The notes under the pieces are model-generated. The model had not been told where the DNA came from. It did no database searches and worked only from the letters and a program-made list of their open reading frames with translations. 64,000 bases of DNA, taken from NCBI GenBank assembly GCA_035400585.1, contig DAOMZR010000001.1:370643-434642 (forward strand), in the 5' to 3' direction. Within the stretch, counting starts at the first letter, position 1. Each line of letters begins with the position of its first letter. Source of the DNA: a bacterium (GTDB lineage Bacteria; Patescibacteriota; Patescibacteriia; Patescibacteriales; UBA12465). A program made the translations under genes and the position numbers. Positions 11,001 through 24,040 of the stretch are shown in pieces.

Positions 11001-11034
11001 AACCATTGATGAAGTATTTAGGATAGCCAAATAA
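8008..11034 (+). CDS. pilB: type IV pilus assembly ATPase PilB/GspE, tandem-duplicated (two complete ATPase units in one chain)
   Basis: This is a 1008-aa product. Unit 1 has a GSPII_E N-terminal-like domain, Walker A GPTGSGKTTTLYAIL (about 8953-8976), EDPIEYQL, VVMVGETRD, TGHLVLSTLHTND, and the cysteine pair CPHC...CEHC. Unit 2 starts at about nt 9706 and has GPTGSGKTTTLYSVL (about 10279-10302), EDPIEYQM, IMMIGEIRD, TGHLVLSTIHTNS, and CPYC...CDKC. Confidence 0.9.
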   Translation: MSGFDSISSLLNKNKQSNDDTAQGKLAAKQQEIKLKEIERQTKLKADALGLSYVNLFAFPISPEAITLIPEEEAIAEKIICFYYDGENIRLATSRPENPRVKEIEEELNKTYFTKSVLYLISDTSLGHGLEVYKTIPKIKRVTGGVEIKEEDLEKFKADIESYQSLNEKINEVNITDVVTLLLATALKVGSSDIHIEAEEQGIVIRLRIDGVLQEAAVIDKIKWKKIISRMKILAAVKINIEDKPQDGRFSIFLTDDRVDVRVSFLPTAFGESVVMRLLKSSSVGLSFDDLGLMPQAYEILKAEIEKPNGLVLTTGPTGSGKTTTLYAILNKLNQPGTKIITMEDPIEYQLKGINQSQVNPKKGYTFASGLRSILRQDPDVVMVGETRDLETAEIAVQASLTGHLVLSTLHTNDAAGVIPRLIDMGIKPYFLVPSINAVIGQRLIRKLCPHCREAHQLNEDEEFQLKKILGVISPKAGLDIPTTLPTIYKSGKGCEHCGGIGYKGRVGIYEVFTMDDKLKQLTIDNAPSFKILQQAIENGMVTMLQDGVLKVLKGMTSLDEVYRVIGVFDYIDELYDVSISKTMGRGIKIKAEKLEEAQSLLKNVPTINQLMKEVPTKEIINLLISLAVQSSAGDLHIEPTENNIKIRFRIDGVLHDMFELPKENYLPLIGEMKILMGVETNIKKATIDGRFTIFLPDSKLDCRVSIISGAFGETIVVRLLTGAGEALDIEKLGLSQYALPALKRSMVKTKGIILTTGPTGSGKTTTLYSVLKKINTPDVKIITVEDPIEYQMPGIIQTQIDNDSGYTFAAAMRSFLRQNPNIMMIGEIRDRETAEISIEAALTGHLVLSTIHTNSAAGAVSRFIGLNVERQMLANALECSIGQRLVRRICPYCEKEEITPDETSMQEVKKILDSIKNPNVVIPSQIKFYKGKGCDKCNNIGYKGRLGLYESLEVNEEIRKLIATEGISDYEIEQKAIENGMINIIQDGILKALDGQTTIDEVFRIAK

Positions 11035-11037
11035 AAT

Positions 11038-11616
11038 ATGTTAGATAAAAAATTTGTAGAAAGTCTGAGAAAAAATTATATAGAAAAAAATAGTCAAAGG
11101 AGGCAAATAATTAGTTCTTCGTCTATAATTCTAAATAATTCCAAAAAGGCAATTTTTGCTACTCACAGACAAGATATAAAATTAGCTGAAGAAAGACTAA
11201 AAGAATCCGAAGACATTATAAAAAAAATAGAAAAAAAATTCGGTCTAAACAGATTAAGAGAAGAGGGTTCGTTTTCCGCTTCGATCGAAGAATATGTTGA
11301 AGCCAAGCTTTTTCTTTCTTTTGTAAAAACTAAAAAAATTACCAAAATAAAAGAAACAAAAATTAGCGAAGAAGCCTATATTGGCGGTATTTGTGATTTC
11401 ACGGGCGAATTAATTAGGCTGGCAACCAACGAAGCAATAAATAAAAATTTTGCTGAAATTAAAAAAGTTAAAAATATAATAAATGAAATTCTTAATGAAT
11501 TGGTAGATTTTGATATTGTCGGACATTTAAGAACAAAATATGATCAGGCTAGAGGAAATTTAAAAAAAATAGAACAAATGGACTACGAAATAAGTCTTAA
11601 GAATTATAATAAATAA
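11038..11616 (+). CDS. translin-family-like protein (tentative)
   Basis: This is a 192-aa helical protein. GGICDFTGELIRLATNEAI and the C-terminal LRTKYDQARGNLKKIEQMDYEISL resemble translin/TRAX signature regions as I remember them. This is not verified by search. Confidence 0.45.
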   Translation: MLDKKFVESLRKNYIEKNSQRRQIISSSSIILNNSKKAIFATHRQDIKLAEERLKESEDIIKKIEKKFGLNRLREEGSFSASIEEYVEAKLFLSFVKTKKITKIKETKISEEAYIGGICDFTGELIRLATNEAINKNFAEIKKVKNIINEILNELVDFDIVGHLRTKYDQARGNLKKIEQMDYEISLKNYNK

Positions 11617-12105
11617 ATGAAAATAGCTATTATATCAGATATTCACGACAATTTGGCCAATCTTGGCCTTTTTTTCGAAATGATAAAAACAGAAGAAATA
11701 AAAAAAATTATTTGTTGTGGAGATGTTTGCAATCAAGAAACACTTGTATTTTTAAGTAAAAATTTTAAAAATGAAATATTTTTAGTAAGAGGAAACATGG
11801 AGCTGTATGAAGATAGTGAAATACTAAAATTAGAAAACATCGATTATCTTGGTAGATACGGGACAATAGAGATTGGAGGCCTTAGGGTTGGTGTTTGTCA
11901 TGAACCGATATTCATTAATAATTTATTAGAAAACGATCCGGAATTAAAATTTATTTTTTACGGACATACTCATCGTCCCTGGATATCAATGAGACAAAAA
12001 GCAACTTTAATAAATCCCGGAACCCTTGGTGGAGTGTTTCAAAAAGCTTGTTTTGCAATCTGGGACACAGAAACAACAGATGTTAAATTAAAAATAATTC
12101 AATAA
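11617..12105 (+). CDS. metallophosphoesterase (YfcE/MJ0936 family)
   Basis: This is a 162-aa product carrying the motifs ISDIHDN, GDV, RGNME and GHTH. Confidence 0.8.
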   Translation: MKIAIISDIHDNLANLGLFFEMIKTEEIKKIICCGDVCNQETLVFLSKNFKNEIFLVRGNMELYEDSEILKLENIDYLGRYGTIEIGGLRVGVCHEPIFINNLLENDPELKFIFYGHTHRPWISMRQKATLINPGTLGGVFQKACFAIWDTETTDVKLKIIQ

Positions 12106-12109
12106 AAAC

Positions 12110-12883
12110 ATGAAAAAAATAGAAAAAATAGCTCTAAAAGCCACTAAGCTAGCATCACAAAAATTAATTAAAATATATCAAAATTTTGATCGAGGAGATA
12201 TAAAAATGAAATCACCTCACGAAATAGTAAGTTATGCCGACATCCTTTCAGAAAAAATTATCATATCAGAAATAAAAAAACACTTCCCTTGTCATCACAT
12301 ATTATCAGAAGAACAAGGTGATAATAATCAAAAATCAGATTACACCTGGATAATAGACCCGATAGATGGGACAACCAATTTTACAATAAAAAACCCTCTT
12401 TGGGCGATATCTGTTGGTTTGTTATATAAAAAAGATGTTGTATTTGGAATTGTTCATGCTCCGATTTTAAACGAAACATATATAGCTTATAAGAATAAGG
12501 GGGCATTCTTAAATAACAAAAAAATAAGGGTGTCAAAAATAAAAAAAGATAAAGTTTTGAATACTTTTTGTCATGGAAGCAAAAAAGAAGATATTAAAAA
12601 AGCAACAAAATACTACCAAAAACAAAAAGAAAATAATTTTGATTGTCGTCAGCTAGGCAGCGCGTCAATTGAACTAGCCTATGTCGCTAGTGGCAGAATA
12701 GAATCAATAACTATTCCAGGAGCAAATTCTTGGGATGTGGCCGCTGGAACACTTTTAGTTTCAGAGGCTGGCGGAAAAGTTACTGATTTCAATAATAAAA
12801 AATGGATGACAAAAAGCAAAGACATGATAGCTTCTAATGGGTTGGTTCATAACCAAATTATAAAAACTATAAAAAATATATAA
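12110..12883 (+). CDS. inositol monophosphatase family protein
   Basis: This is a 257-aa product carrying the motifs WIIDPIDGTTNF and WDVAAG. Confidence 0.85.
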   Translation: MKKIEKIALKATKLASQKLIKIYQNFDRGDIKMKSPHEIVSYADILSEKIIISEIKKHFPCHHILSEEQGDNNQKSDYTWIIDPIDGTTNFTIKNPLWAISVGLLYKKDVVFGIVHAPILNETYIAYKNKGAFLNNKKIRVSKIKKDKVLNTFCHGSKKEDIKKATKYYQKQKENNFDCRQLGSASIELAYVASGRIESITIPGANSWDVAAGTLLVSEAGGKVTDFNNKKWMTKSKDMIASNGLVHNQIIKTIKNI

Positions 12884-12904
12884 AAAAATAAAAAAACTAC
12901 TTGG

Positions 12905-13720
12905 TTAATTAAGTAGTTTTTTTATTGTATTTATTTCTTTTAAAGTCTTTTTTTCGGCCTGAGTCATTATTTCCAGAGAAACGTTTTTATCAAAATAGGC
13001 CTTCATCCTTGATCGACCAGAATAAGACGAGGTGTCTGGATTTATAACAACATCGGAATCCTTTAACGTGTTTTTAGATAAATTTAACAAAGTTATTTCC
13101 GTTGCTCTATTCATTATCTTAAACATATCAAACTTAGAACTAGAAAAAATATAATCATTATATAGATTTACTGATAAAACAACATCTGCGCCCATTTTTT
13201 TAACTATGTCATCTGGAACCGGATTACTTATTCCACCATCAATAAGTATCGTTTCTTTATTATATTTAACCGGCTTAAAAGCCACCGGAATGGAAATACT
13301 GGACATAACAGCCTCGGCTAAATCCCCCTTAGTAAATACAAAGGGCTTCCCACTAATTAAATCGGTAGCAACAATTGAAATTGGAACTTGAGTATTTTTA
13401 AATTCAGCCCCTTTAAACATTTTTAAAAGATCCTTCATTAAATATTTATTACCAATAAAACCTTCTTTTAAACTAAAGGCTTTTAAATAATTAAGCTTCT
13501 TTTTTTGCAAATTCAAAACGTCGTTAATTGTTCTTTCCACATCTTTAAAGATTGCATAGTGAGCACCAATTAAGGCACCAATACTGCTTCCGGCCAAAAA
13601 ATCAATTGATATCTTATTGTCAATTAAAGCTTTTATGACGCCAATATGGGCCGAACCCCTAAAACCACCACTTCCCAGAGCTAAACCTAGTTTTTTTTGT
13701 TTTTTTTGAGAAAAAATCAT
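12905..13720 (-). CDS. patatin-like phospholipase
   Basis: This is a 271-aa product. It has the oxyanion motif GSGGFRG, the nucleophile motif GSSIGA, and a DGG dyad aspartate. Confidence 0.85.
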   Translation of the reverse strand: MIFSQKKQKKLGLALGSGGFRGSAHIGVIKALIDNKISIDFLAGSSIGALIGAHYAIFKDVERTINDVLNLQKKKLNYLKAFSLKEGFIGNKYLMKDLLKMFKGAEFKNTQVPISIVATDLISGKPFVFTKGDLAEAVMSSISIPVAFKPVKYNKETILIDGGISNPVPDDIVKKMGADVVLSVNLYNDYIFSSSKFDMFKIMNRATEITLLNLSKNTLKDSDVVINPDTSSYSGRSRMKAYFDKNVSLEIMTQAEKKTLKEINTIKKLLN

Positions 13721-13721
13721 A

Positions 13722-16187
13722 TTATTTAAGACCAGAATTTAAATATTTACCAGTATAACTTTTTTTATTTTTAATTAATTCTGAAGGCGTACCGGAAAAT
13801 AAAACTTGACCACCAGCATCACCGCCGTCTGGACCAAGATCAATAACCCAATCAGAACATTTAATAACATCTGAGTTGTGCTCAATAACCAAAACAGTGT
13901 TTCCTTTATCAACTAAAGCATTAAGAACTTTTAATAAATTTTTAACATCATCAAAGTGTAAGCCCGTTGTTGGTTCGTCTAAAATATACAAAGTTTTTCC
14001 GGTAGATGGACGAGAGAGTTCAAAGGCTAATTTAATTCTCTGAGATTCTCCCCCAGATAATGTAGTAGCGCTTTGACCGAGTCTAATATAGGATAAACCA
14101 ATATCATTTAATATTTTTAATCTGCTACAAAGATTTTTATTGTGAGAAAAAAATTTCAAAGACTCCTCAACTGTCATTTCTAAAACTTCAAAAATATTTT
14201 TTCCATTCAATTTTACTTCTAACACTTCTTTTTTATATCTTTGACCACCACATTCATCACATTTAACATAAACATCGGGTAAAAATTGCATCTCTATTTT
14301 TATAAGACCATCTCCTTGACACTTTTCACATCTACCGCCACTTAGATTGAAAGAAAAATGAGCCGGTTTTAGAAATCTTTTCTTAGACTCTTCTAGAGAA
14401 GCAAACTCATCTCTAATATAAGAAAAAATTCCAGTATAAGTAGCCAAATTAGATCGAGGAGTTCTGCCAATTGGTGATTGATCAATATCTATTATTTTAT
14501 CTATCCATTCAACACCCAAAATTGTCTTGTGCTTCCCTGGCTCTTCTTTGGCTCTGTAAAATTTTTTATTTAGAGCCTTGGCTAAAATATCTATTATTAA
14601 AGTTGATTTTCCAGAGCCAGAAACTCCAGTGACTGAAATTAATTTTTCTAAAGGAATTTCAACATCAATTTCTTTAAGATTATTTTCTGAAGCACCTATT
14701 ATTTTTATTGATTTTCCACTTCCCTTGCGACATTTTAGCGGTGGTTCAATTTTTTTTCTACCAAATAAATAATCGGCGGTTAAAGAATTTTTAACATTTT
14801 TAACTTTTTTCATTTCTCCAGCAAAAATCAATTCCCCTCCATGCTCACCGGCCCTGGGACCAATATCTAATAGATAATCAGCCGAAAACATCATTTTAGG
14901 ATCATGCTCAACAACTATTATCGAATTACCTTTATCTTTTAACTTTTTTAACATCAAGATTAAATTTTCGTTATCTTTAGGGTGTAAGCCAATTGAAGGT
15001 TCATCCAGAACATACAAGAGACCGACGAGATTAGAACTAATCTGATGAGCTAATCTTAGTCTTTGAGATTCTCCACCAGAAAGAGTTGTAGCTGATCTAG
15101 AAATAGATAAATAAGAAAGACCAACTTTATTTATATTTTCCGCCCTTAGTAAAACTTCTTTAGCAATTGAAGAAAAAATAGGATCAGGATTTTTTTTGTT
15201 TTTTTCTTCTTTTAATAAAGTTCCCCAAAAAACAATTAAATCTTTTATATTCTTACTTGATAATTCAGAAATATTTATATCTTTAAATTTAACAGATAAA
15301 GAATCGCCATTCAGTCTTTGGCCAGAACAAACAGGACAAACTCCCATTCTCATATATTGCTCTATTTTTTGTCTGATATAATTAGAATCGGTTTCTTGAT
15401 ATTTTTGATTCAACCCTTCAATAACACCAACAAAATAATTATCCCCATTTAAGATTAAATTTAAATTTTTTTTGCTCAAATCTTTCAAGGGAGAATTAAA
15501 ATCAAATTTATTTCTATTAGCCAACTTTTCTATTTCGGCCATTAAAGTTTTCTGATTGTCAAAATTATAATGAAGCCAAGGCTTAATAGCTCCTTGGGAT
15601 ACGTTTAATTTCAAATTTAAGATTGATTTTGGCTCTATTTCCATTTTATAGCCCAACCCCCCACAAGCCGAACAAGCTCCTTGACTAGAATTAAAAGAAA
15701 AATCTATTGGCTTAAAAACTGGTCTTTCCCAAGAACATTTCGGACAAATTAGTTTCTGTTCAACTTTTTTTCTGTTTTCATATTTTTTTGAACCTAATAA
15801 CTCCATTTTAGCGCCACATTCACGACAATAAGGAATTCCTAGTTTAGAATAAAGCAAACGAAAATAATCATATATTTCTGTTATTGTTCCAACAGTAGAG
15901 CGAGGATTGTTGGTAACAGACCGTTGATCTATAGATATTGCCGGAATAAGGCCATCAACTGAGTCAACGTCTGGTTTATCCATCATCCCCACAAACTGCC
16001 GAGCATAAGACGATAGGGACTCAACATACCTTCTTTGACTTTCGGCATATATTAAATCAAAAACCAAAGACGATTTACCAGAACCAGAAAGACCAGTAAC
16101 AACAATAAATTTATTTAAAGGAATTTCTAAATCTATGTTTTTTAAATTATTAACTCTAGCTCCTTTTATTTTTATAAAATTCGGCAT
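13722..16187 (-). CDS. UvrA-family ABC ATPase lacking the UvrB-binding domain (class II UvrA-like)
   Basis: This 821-aa product has two ABC modules ([18 protein letters not shown], and LSGGESQR twice). The segment [31 protein letters not shown] (about 15735-15827) leaves only 23 residues between the two halves of the first Zn module. Canonical UvrA carries about 130 residues there. Confidence 0.85.
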   Translation of the reverse strand: MPNFIKIKGARVNNLKNIDLEIPLNKFIVVTGLSGSGKSSLVFDLIYAESQRRYVESLSSYARQFVGMMDKPDVDSVDGLIPAISIDQRSVTNNPRSTVGTITEIYDYFRLLYSKLGIPYCRECGAKMELLGSKKYENRKKVEQKLICPKCSWERPVFKPIDFSFNSSQGACSACGGLGYKMEIEPKSILNLKLNVSQGAIKPWLHYNFDNQKTLMAEIEKLANRNKFDFNSPLKDLSKKNLNLILNGDNYFVGVIEGLNQKYQETDSNYIRQKIEQYMRMGVCPVCSGQRLNGDSLSVKFKDINISELSSKNIKDLIVFWGTLLKEEKNKKNPDPIFSSIAKEVLLRAENINKVGLSYLSISRSATTLSGGESQRLRLAHQISSNLVGLLYVLDEPSIGLHPKDNENLILMLKKLKDKGNSIIVVEHDPKMMFSADYLLDIGPRAGEHGGELIFAGEMKKVKNVKNSLTADYLFGRKKIEPPLKCRKGSGKSIKIIGASENNLKEIDVEIPLEKLISVTGVSGSGKSTLIIDILAKALNKKFYRAKEEPGKHKTILGVEWIDKIIDIDQSPIGRTPRSNLATYTGIFSYIRDEFASLEESKKRFLKPAHFSFNLSGGRCEKCQGDGLIKIEMQFLPDVYVKCDECGGQRYKKEVLEVKLNGKNIFEVLEMTVEESLKFFSHNKNLCSRLKILNDIGLSYIRLGQSATTLSGGESQRIKLAFELSRPSTGKTLYILDEPTTGLHFDDVKNLLKVLNALVDKGNTVLVIEHNSDVIKCSDWVIDLGPDGGDAGGQVLFSGTPSELIKNKKSYTGKYLNSGLK

Positions 16188-16211
16188 TTTAATTTGAATT
16201 TAATATTTAAT

Positions 16212-17246
16212 TTATAAAATAGAATAAAATAAACGGATAAAACCTAAGATTATTTTATCAAAAATATTGATTTTTTTGTTTTTTACTGGAAAATCACAAG
16301 AATTTTCTTTCCATTTTTCTATAATTAACAACAAATCATTAACTAATTTTTTGTTATTAGAAAAAATACCCGATTCAACATTCATTCTAAAAGACATAAT
16401 ATCTAAATTTTGAGACCCAATTAAAACATCTTGATCATCAATCAACAGCACCTTGGAATGATTCATTTCTTTTTGGGCATAAAATTTAATATTTGAATTT
16501 CTAATTTGATAAATATGGGCATAGTTAACCCTATCTAAAAATTTTAAATCTGTTTTTAGAGGAACAATAATTTCAACCAAAACTCCGCGAGAAGCGGCGT
16601 TATCCAACAAGGCAATGAGCCAACGAGGAGGAACAAAATAAGGGGTTACTATTTTTATACTTTTTTGAGCTGATATTATTTTATCTTGATAGTAAGTCTC
16701 CAGAGCATAAACATTATGACTAGGAAGATTTTCCAAAAATTGGGCTTTCAAATTTTCAAGTATTGAGTGTTTTCTTTTTTCTAAAATATGATTTTTCTTA
16801 CCACCACTCATCATATAAGAATAAGAAAAAGATCTTAGAATATTTTTTATTAAAATTTTTCCACTAACTCTCATTTGCAGATCAACCCAATCAATACTTT
16901 TTCCGTGAAAATTAACACCTCCAATAAAAGCAGTCGAATCATCTATTATTAATATTTTTCTATGAGTTCTTCTCAGCCATTTACTAAAAAATAAAACTTC
17001 GACTCCATTATCTCTTAAAAATTTAATATCAGAACTTTTAAACTCCGAACTTCCGAAAGCATCCAAAACCAAAATAATCTCCAAACCCTCTCTTGCTTTA
17101 TCAGCTAATATTTTCAAAAAATCATATTCTTGAATTTTATTATCAAGAATATACATTTCCATATAAATATATTTTTTAGCTTTTAAAATGGAACTGATCA
17201 TTCCCTTCCAGGCCTGTTTAGATGTTGTATATAATTTATATTTCAT
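16212..17246 (-). CDS. phospholipase D / cardiolipin synthase-like protein (two canonical HKD motifs)
   Basis: The motifs HRKILIIDD and HSKVLLIDD are both present. The track start at 17306 is a TTG codon, so I prefer the ATG at 17246 (MKYKLYTT...). Confidence 0.8.
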   Translation of the reverse strand: MKYKLYTTSKQAWKGMISSILKAKKYIYMEMYILDNKIQEYDFLKILADKAREGLEIILVLDAFGSSEFKSSDIKFLRDNGVEVLFFSKWLRRTHRKILIIDDSTAFIGGVNFHGKSIDWVDLQMRVSGKILIKNILRSFSYSYMMSGGKKNHILEKRKHSILENLKAQFLENLPSHNVYALETYYQDKIISAQKSIKIVTPYFVPPRWLIALLDNAASRGVLVEIIVPLKTDLKFLDRVNYAHIYQIRNSNIKFYAQKEMNHSKVLLIDDQDVLIGSQNLDIMSFRMNVESGIFSNNKKLVNDLLLIIEKWKENSCDFPVKNKKINIFDKIILGFIRLFYSIL

Positions 17247-17333
17247 AGAAAATAGCTCAAAAAAAATTATAACATATTTTTTTAAAAGCTTAAAGCCCTC
17301 TGACAAAATACGGAAATAATAAAATTTTCTTAT

Positions 17334-17363
17334 AAAAAAATAAAACCGGAAAAATCCGGTTTT
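17334..17363 (-). terminator. terminator downstream of 16S rRNA
   Basis: An 8-bp stem AAAACCGG (17342-17349) / CCGGTTTT (17356-17363) is present. The plus-strand A-run at 17334-17341 gives a U-tract on the minus strand. T-runs on the plus side too make it potentially bidirectional. Confidence 0.6.
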
Positions 17364-17502
17364 ATTTACTTTTTTTGTTTGATAATTTCGAAGCTAACAG
17401 GCATCAATTCAGTTTTTTCCCATTACTTAATAATGGGTCTCTTCTTAACAAGAAGAGCCGACCTAAATTTTTAAACCGTAGTTTAAAAATTTTATCTCCC
17501 TA

Positions 17503-19063
<1,561 letters not shown>

Positions 19064-19212
19064 AAATATTTAGAATTTTGATTGCTCAAAATATAATGTT
19101 ATCATTACCTAATTTTATAGAAAACTATAAAATATTGGATTTATTGAATTGATGCCTGTTAGCATCAAAATCTCACCAAACAAAAAATATAAAAGAACGT
19201 TTTGCAAATTAA

Positions 19213-19241
19213 ATTATAGACACTATCAGAAATAATGTCAA
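19213..19241 (-). promoter_or_regulatory. consensus promoter TTGACA-17-TATAAT in the 5S-16S spacer, directed at 16S
   Basis: On the minus strand, TTGACA lies at 19241-19236, the spacer is 17 nt, and TATAAT lies at 19218-19213. A GTTCTTTT (boxA-like) element follows at 19198-19191. Confidence 0.7.
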
Positions 19242-19260
19242 CTAAATTAAATTGCATAAT

Positions 19261-19374
<114 letters not shown>

Positions 19375-19426
19375 ATTATGCAATCTAATAAGATTACATA
19401 AATGTAATTAACTTAAAATTAGAAAA

Positions 19427-22441
<3,015 letters not shown>

Positions 22442-22626
22442 ATTTCTAACTTTAAAAAATTAAAAATGTTCTCTAATTTATATTTTTCTTCGAAATAAAA
22501 CTTATTATTGAAATTGCTTAAGAATAATAAGTTTGTCATTTTGTTATTAAAGTCCTTCCAATAAACAGCAAAAATTTGAAAACTATTTTACATAATTTTC
22601 AAGTTTGTGATATTTATTTTGACAAA

Positions 22627-22747
22627 GAAAAAACCGCTTGAAAAGCGGTCACCAAAAACGTTAAGTTTGGAACCGCGACTAAAAATTATTTAAAGATAAA
22701 AATGAATTTAGCATATTCAAACAAACTCGAACCTTTTTTTAAACAGT
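22627..22747 (-). ncRNA. candidate ~120-nt small RNA or rRNA leader, bounded by a consensus promoter and an intrinsic terminator
   Basis: The promoter at 22782-22754 predicts a TSS near 22747. A terminator hairpin ACCGCTT (22633-22639) / AAGCGGT (22643-22649) is followed by a U-tract on the minus strand. There is no convincing ORF or SD inside. No family is recognised. Confidence 0.35.
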
Positions 22748-22753
22748 GAGTCC

Positions 22754-22782
22754 ATTATATATTATTTTTAAAACATTGTCAA
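22754..22782 (-). promoter_or_regulatory. consensus promoter TTGACA-17-TATAAT downstream of PLD gene, upstream of 23S
   Basis: On the minus strand, TTGACA lies at 22782-22777 and TATAAT at 22759-22754. Confidence 0.7.
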
Positions 22783-22825
22783 CCCCTTGATAAATAAGGG
22801 TTAAATCAGTATTTTTTAAAACTAA

Positions 22826-24040
22826 TTATTTATTTTTTAAATAATTAATTTTAAAAGAATCAACAAAGGATTCTACCAAAAAAGGTATGTCGGAAATTAT
22901 TATTGATTCATCGTTATTAAAAAAACCAGCTATGCTCCAATTATTAGTACCCGTAATTAAAATTTTATCATCAATTATCATGGTGTGCTGATGCAAAAAA
23001 GAATTTAAAATATTTTGTCCCAATTCTTGCATTTCATATTGTCTTTTTTCATCCGTTATTACCTCAACATTATCATAAACCCCGACTTTAAAAATACTTT
23101 TAAAAACTGATCCGTTTTGATTAAGATTTGACTCATCAGTAATCATTGTTATTTTTTTGTCTTTTGGTATTAATAAAATTTCTTTAGCCAAACCTCTATC
23201 AGTCCAAAGCCAAATCATTATTCTAATTTTTTCTTGAGTGTTTTTTGCTAATTCAATCATTCTATTTTTAGCATTATTATATTTATCTCCTGGTGAAAAC
23301 CAAATTTCTATAAAGCCGTTTTTATACTTAATACGCGCAGCAAATGGGTTAACATTTTCAATTGTTTTTCTAGCTCCGTGAATGCCAGAATTTATTCTGT
23401 CAAATTCTTCGCCAAAAATTCTAACAAAATTTTCATCATTAGTTTTAATTAAAAAACTAGGATCATATTTTTCTTGCAAATGGGTAAAATTATAGGAACC
23501 AAAAAACAATGTTCGACTTTCAAGTTGACGATCAATAATAATAAACTTATGGTGCATTAAATATGATCTATTATTTTTCCAAAAAGAATAGGTTATATCT
23601 TTCCTGGTAATAAAATTTTCTATATCAGCAAAAAAAACATCATGAATATCCTTTCCCTTGCTGCAAACCAAAACAACTATTTCAACTCCTCTATCAGCCG
23701 CTTTTTTCAGGGCTTCCTTAATATTAGAATCGTTCATCGCGTAAACGGCTATTTCAATAGTATTAGTGGCGGAATTAATTGATTTTATAACTTCATCAGA
23801 AAAAATATTTTCACCCAGCTTGTCATTAAAATAAACATCAGCCTTAAAATCATAATCAACAGTCAACTCTTCTCTTGGGGCTATCGGAGTTATTTCTTTT
23901 AAATTTTTATTGTCAGAAAAAAAATAAAACAAAGAAAGAAAAAACAAAAAAAGAATTAAGAACAAACTAAAAAAAATTATAATTAAATTCCTTGTATTAT
24001 TTTTATTTTTTTTCTCTAATTTCTTTTGATTGGATTTCAT
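22826..24040 (-). CDS. membrane-anchored PLD-family protein, third gene of the RT cassette
   Basis: This 404-aa product has a basic N-terminus followed by one TM segment (LIIIFFSLFLILFLFFLSLFYFF). The first motif, HHKFIIID...GSYN (about 23531-23554), is canonical HxK(x)4D. The second, HQHTMIIDDKILITGTNN (about 22970-22993), has the lysine position replaced. Its ATG at 24040 overlaps the upstream gene by 38 nt. Confidence 0.8.
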   Translation of the reverse strand: MKSNQKKLEKKNKNNTRNLIIIFFSLFLILFLFFLSLFYFFSDNKNLKEITPIAPREELTVDYDFKADVYFNDKLGENIFSDEVIKSINSATNTIEIAVYAMNDSNIKEALKKAADRGVEIVVLVCSKGKDIHDVFFADIENFITRKDITYSFWKNNRSYLMHHKFIIIDRQLESRTLFFGSYNFTHLQEKYDPSFLIKTNDENFVRIFGEEFDRINSGIHGARKTIENVNPFAARIKYKNGFIEIWFSPGDKYNNAKNRMIELAKNTQEKIRIMIWLWTDRGLAKEILLIPKDKKITMITDESNLNQNGSVFKSIFKVGVYDNVEVITDEKRQYEMQELGQNILNSFLHQHTMIIDDKILITGTNNWSIAGFFNNDESIIISDIPFLVESFVDSFKINYLKNK

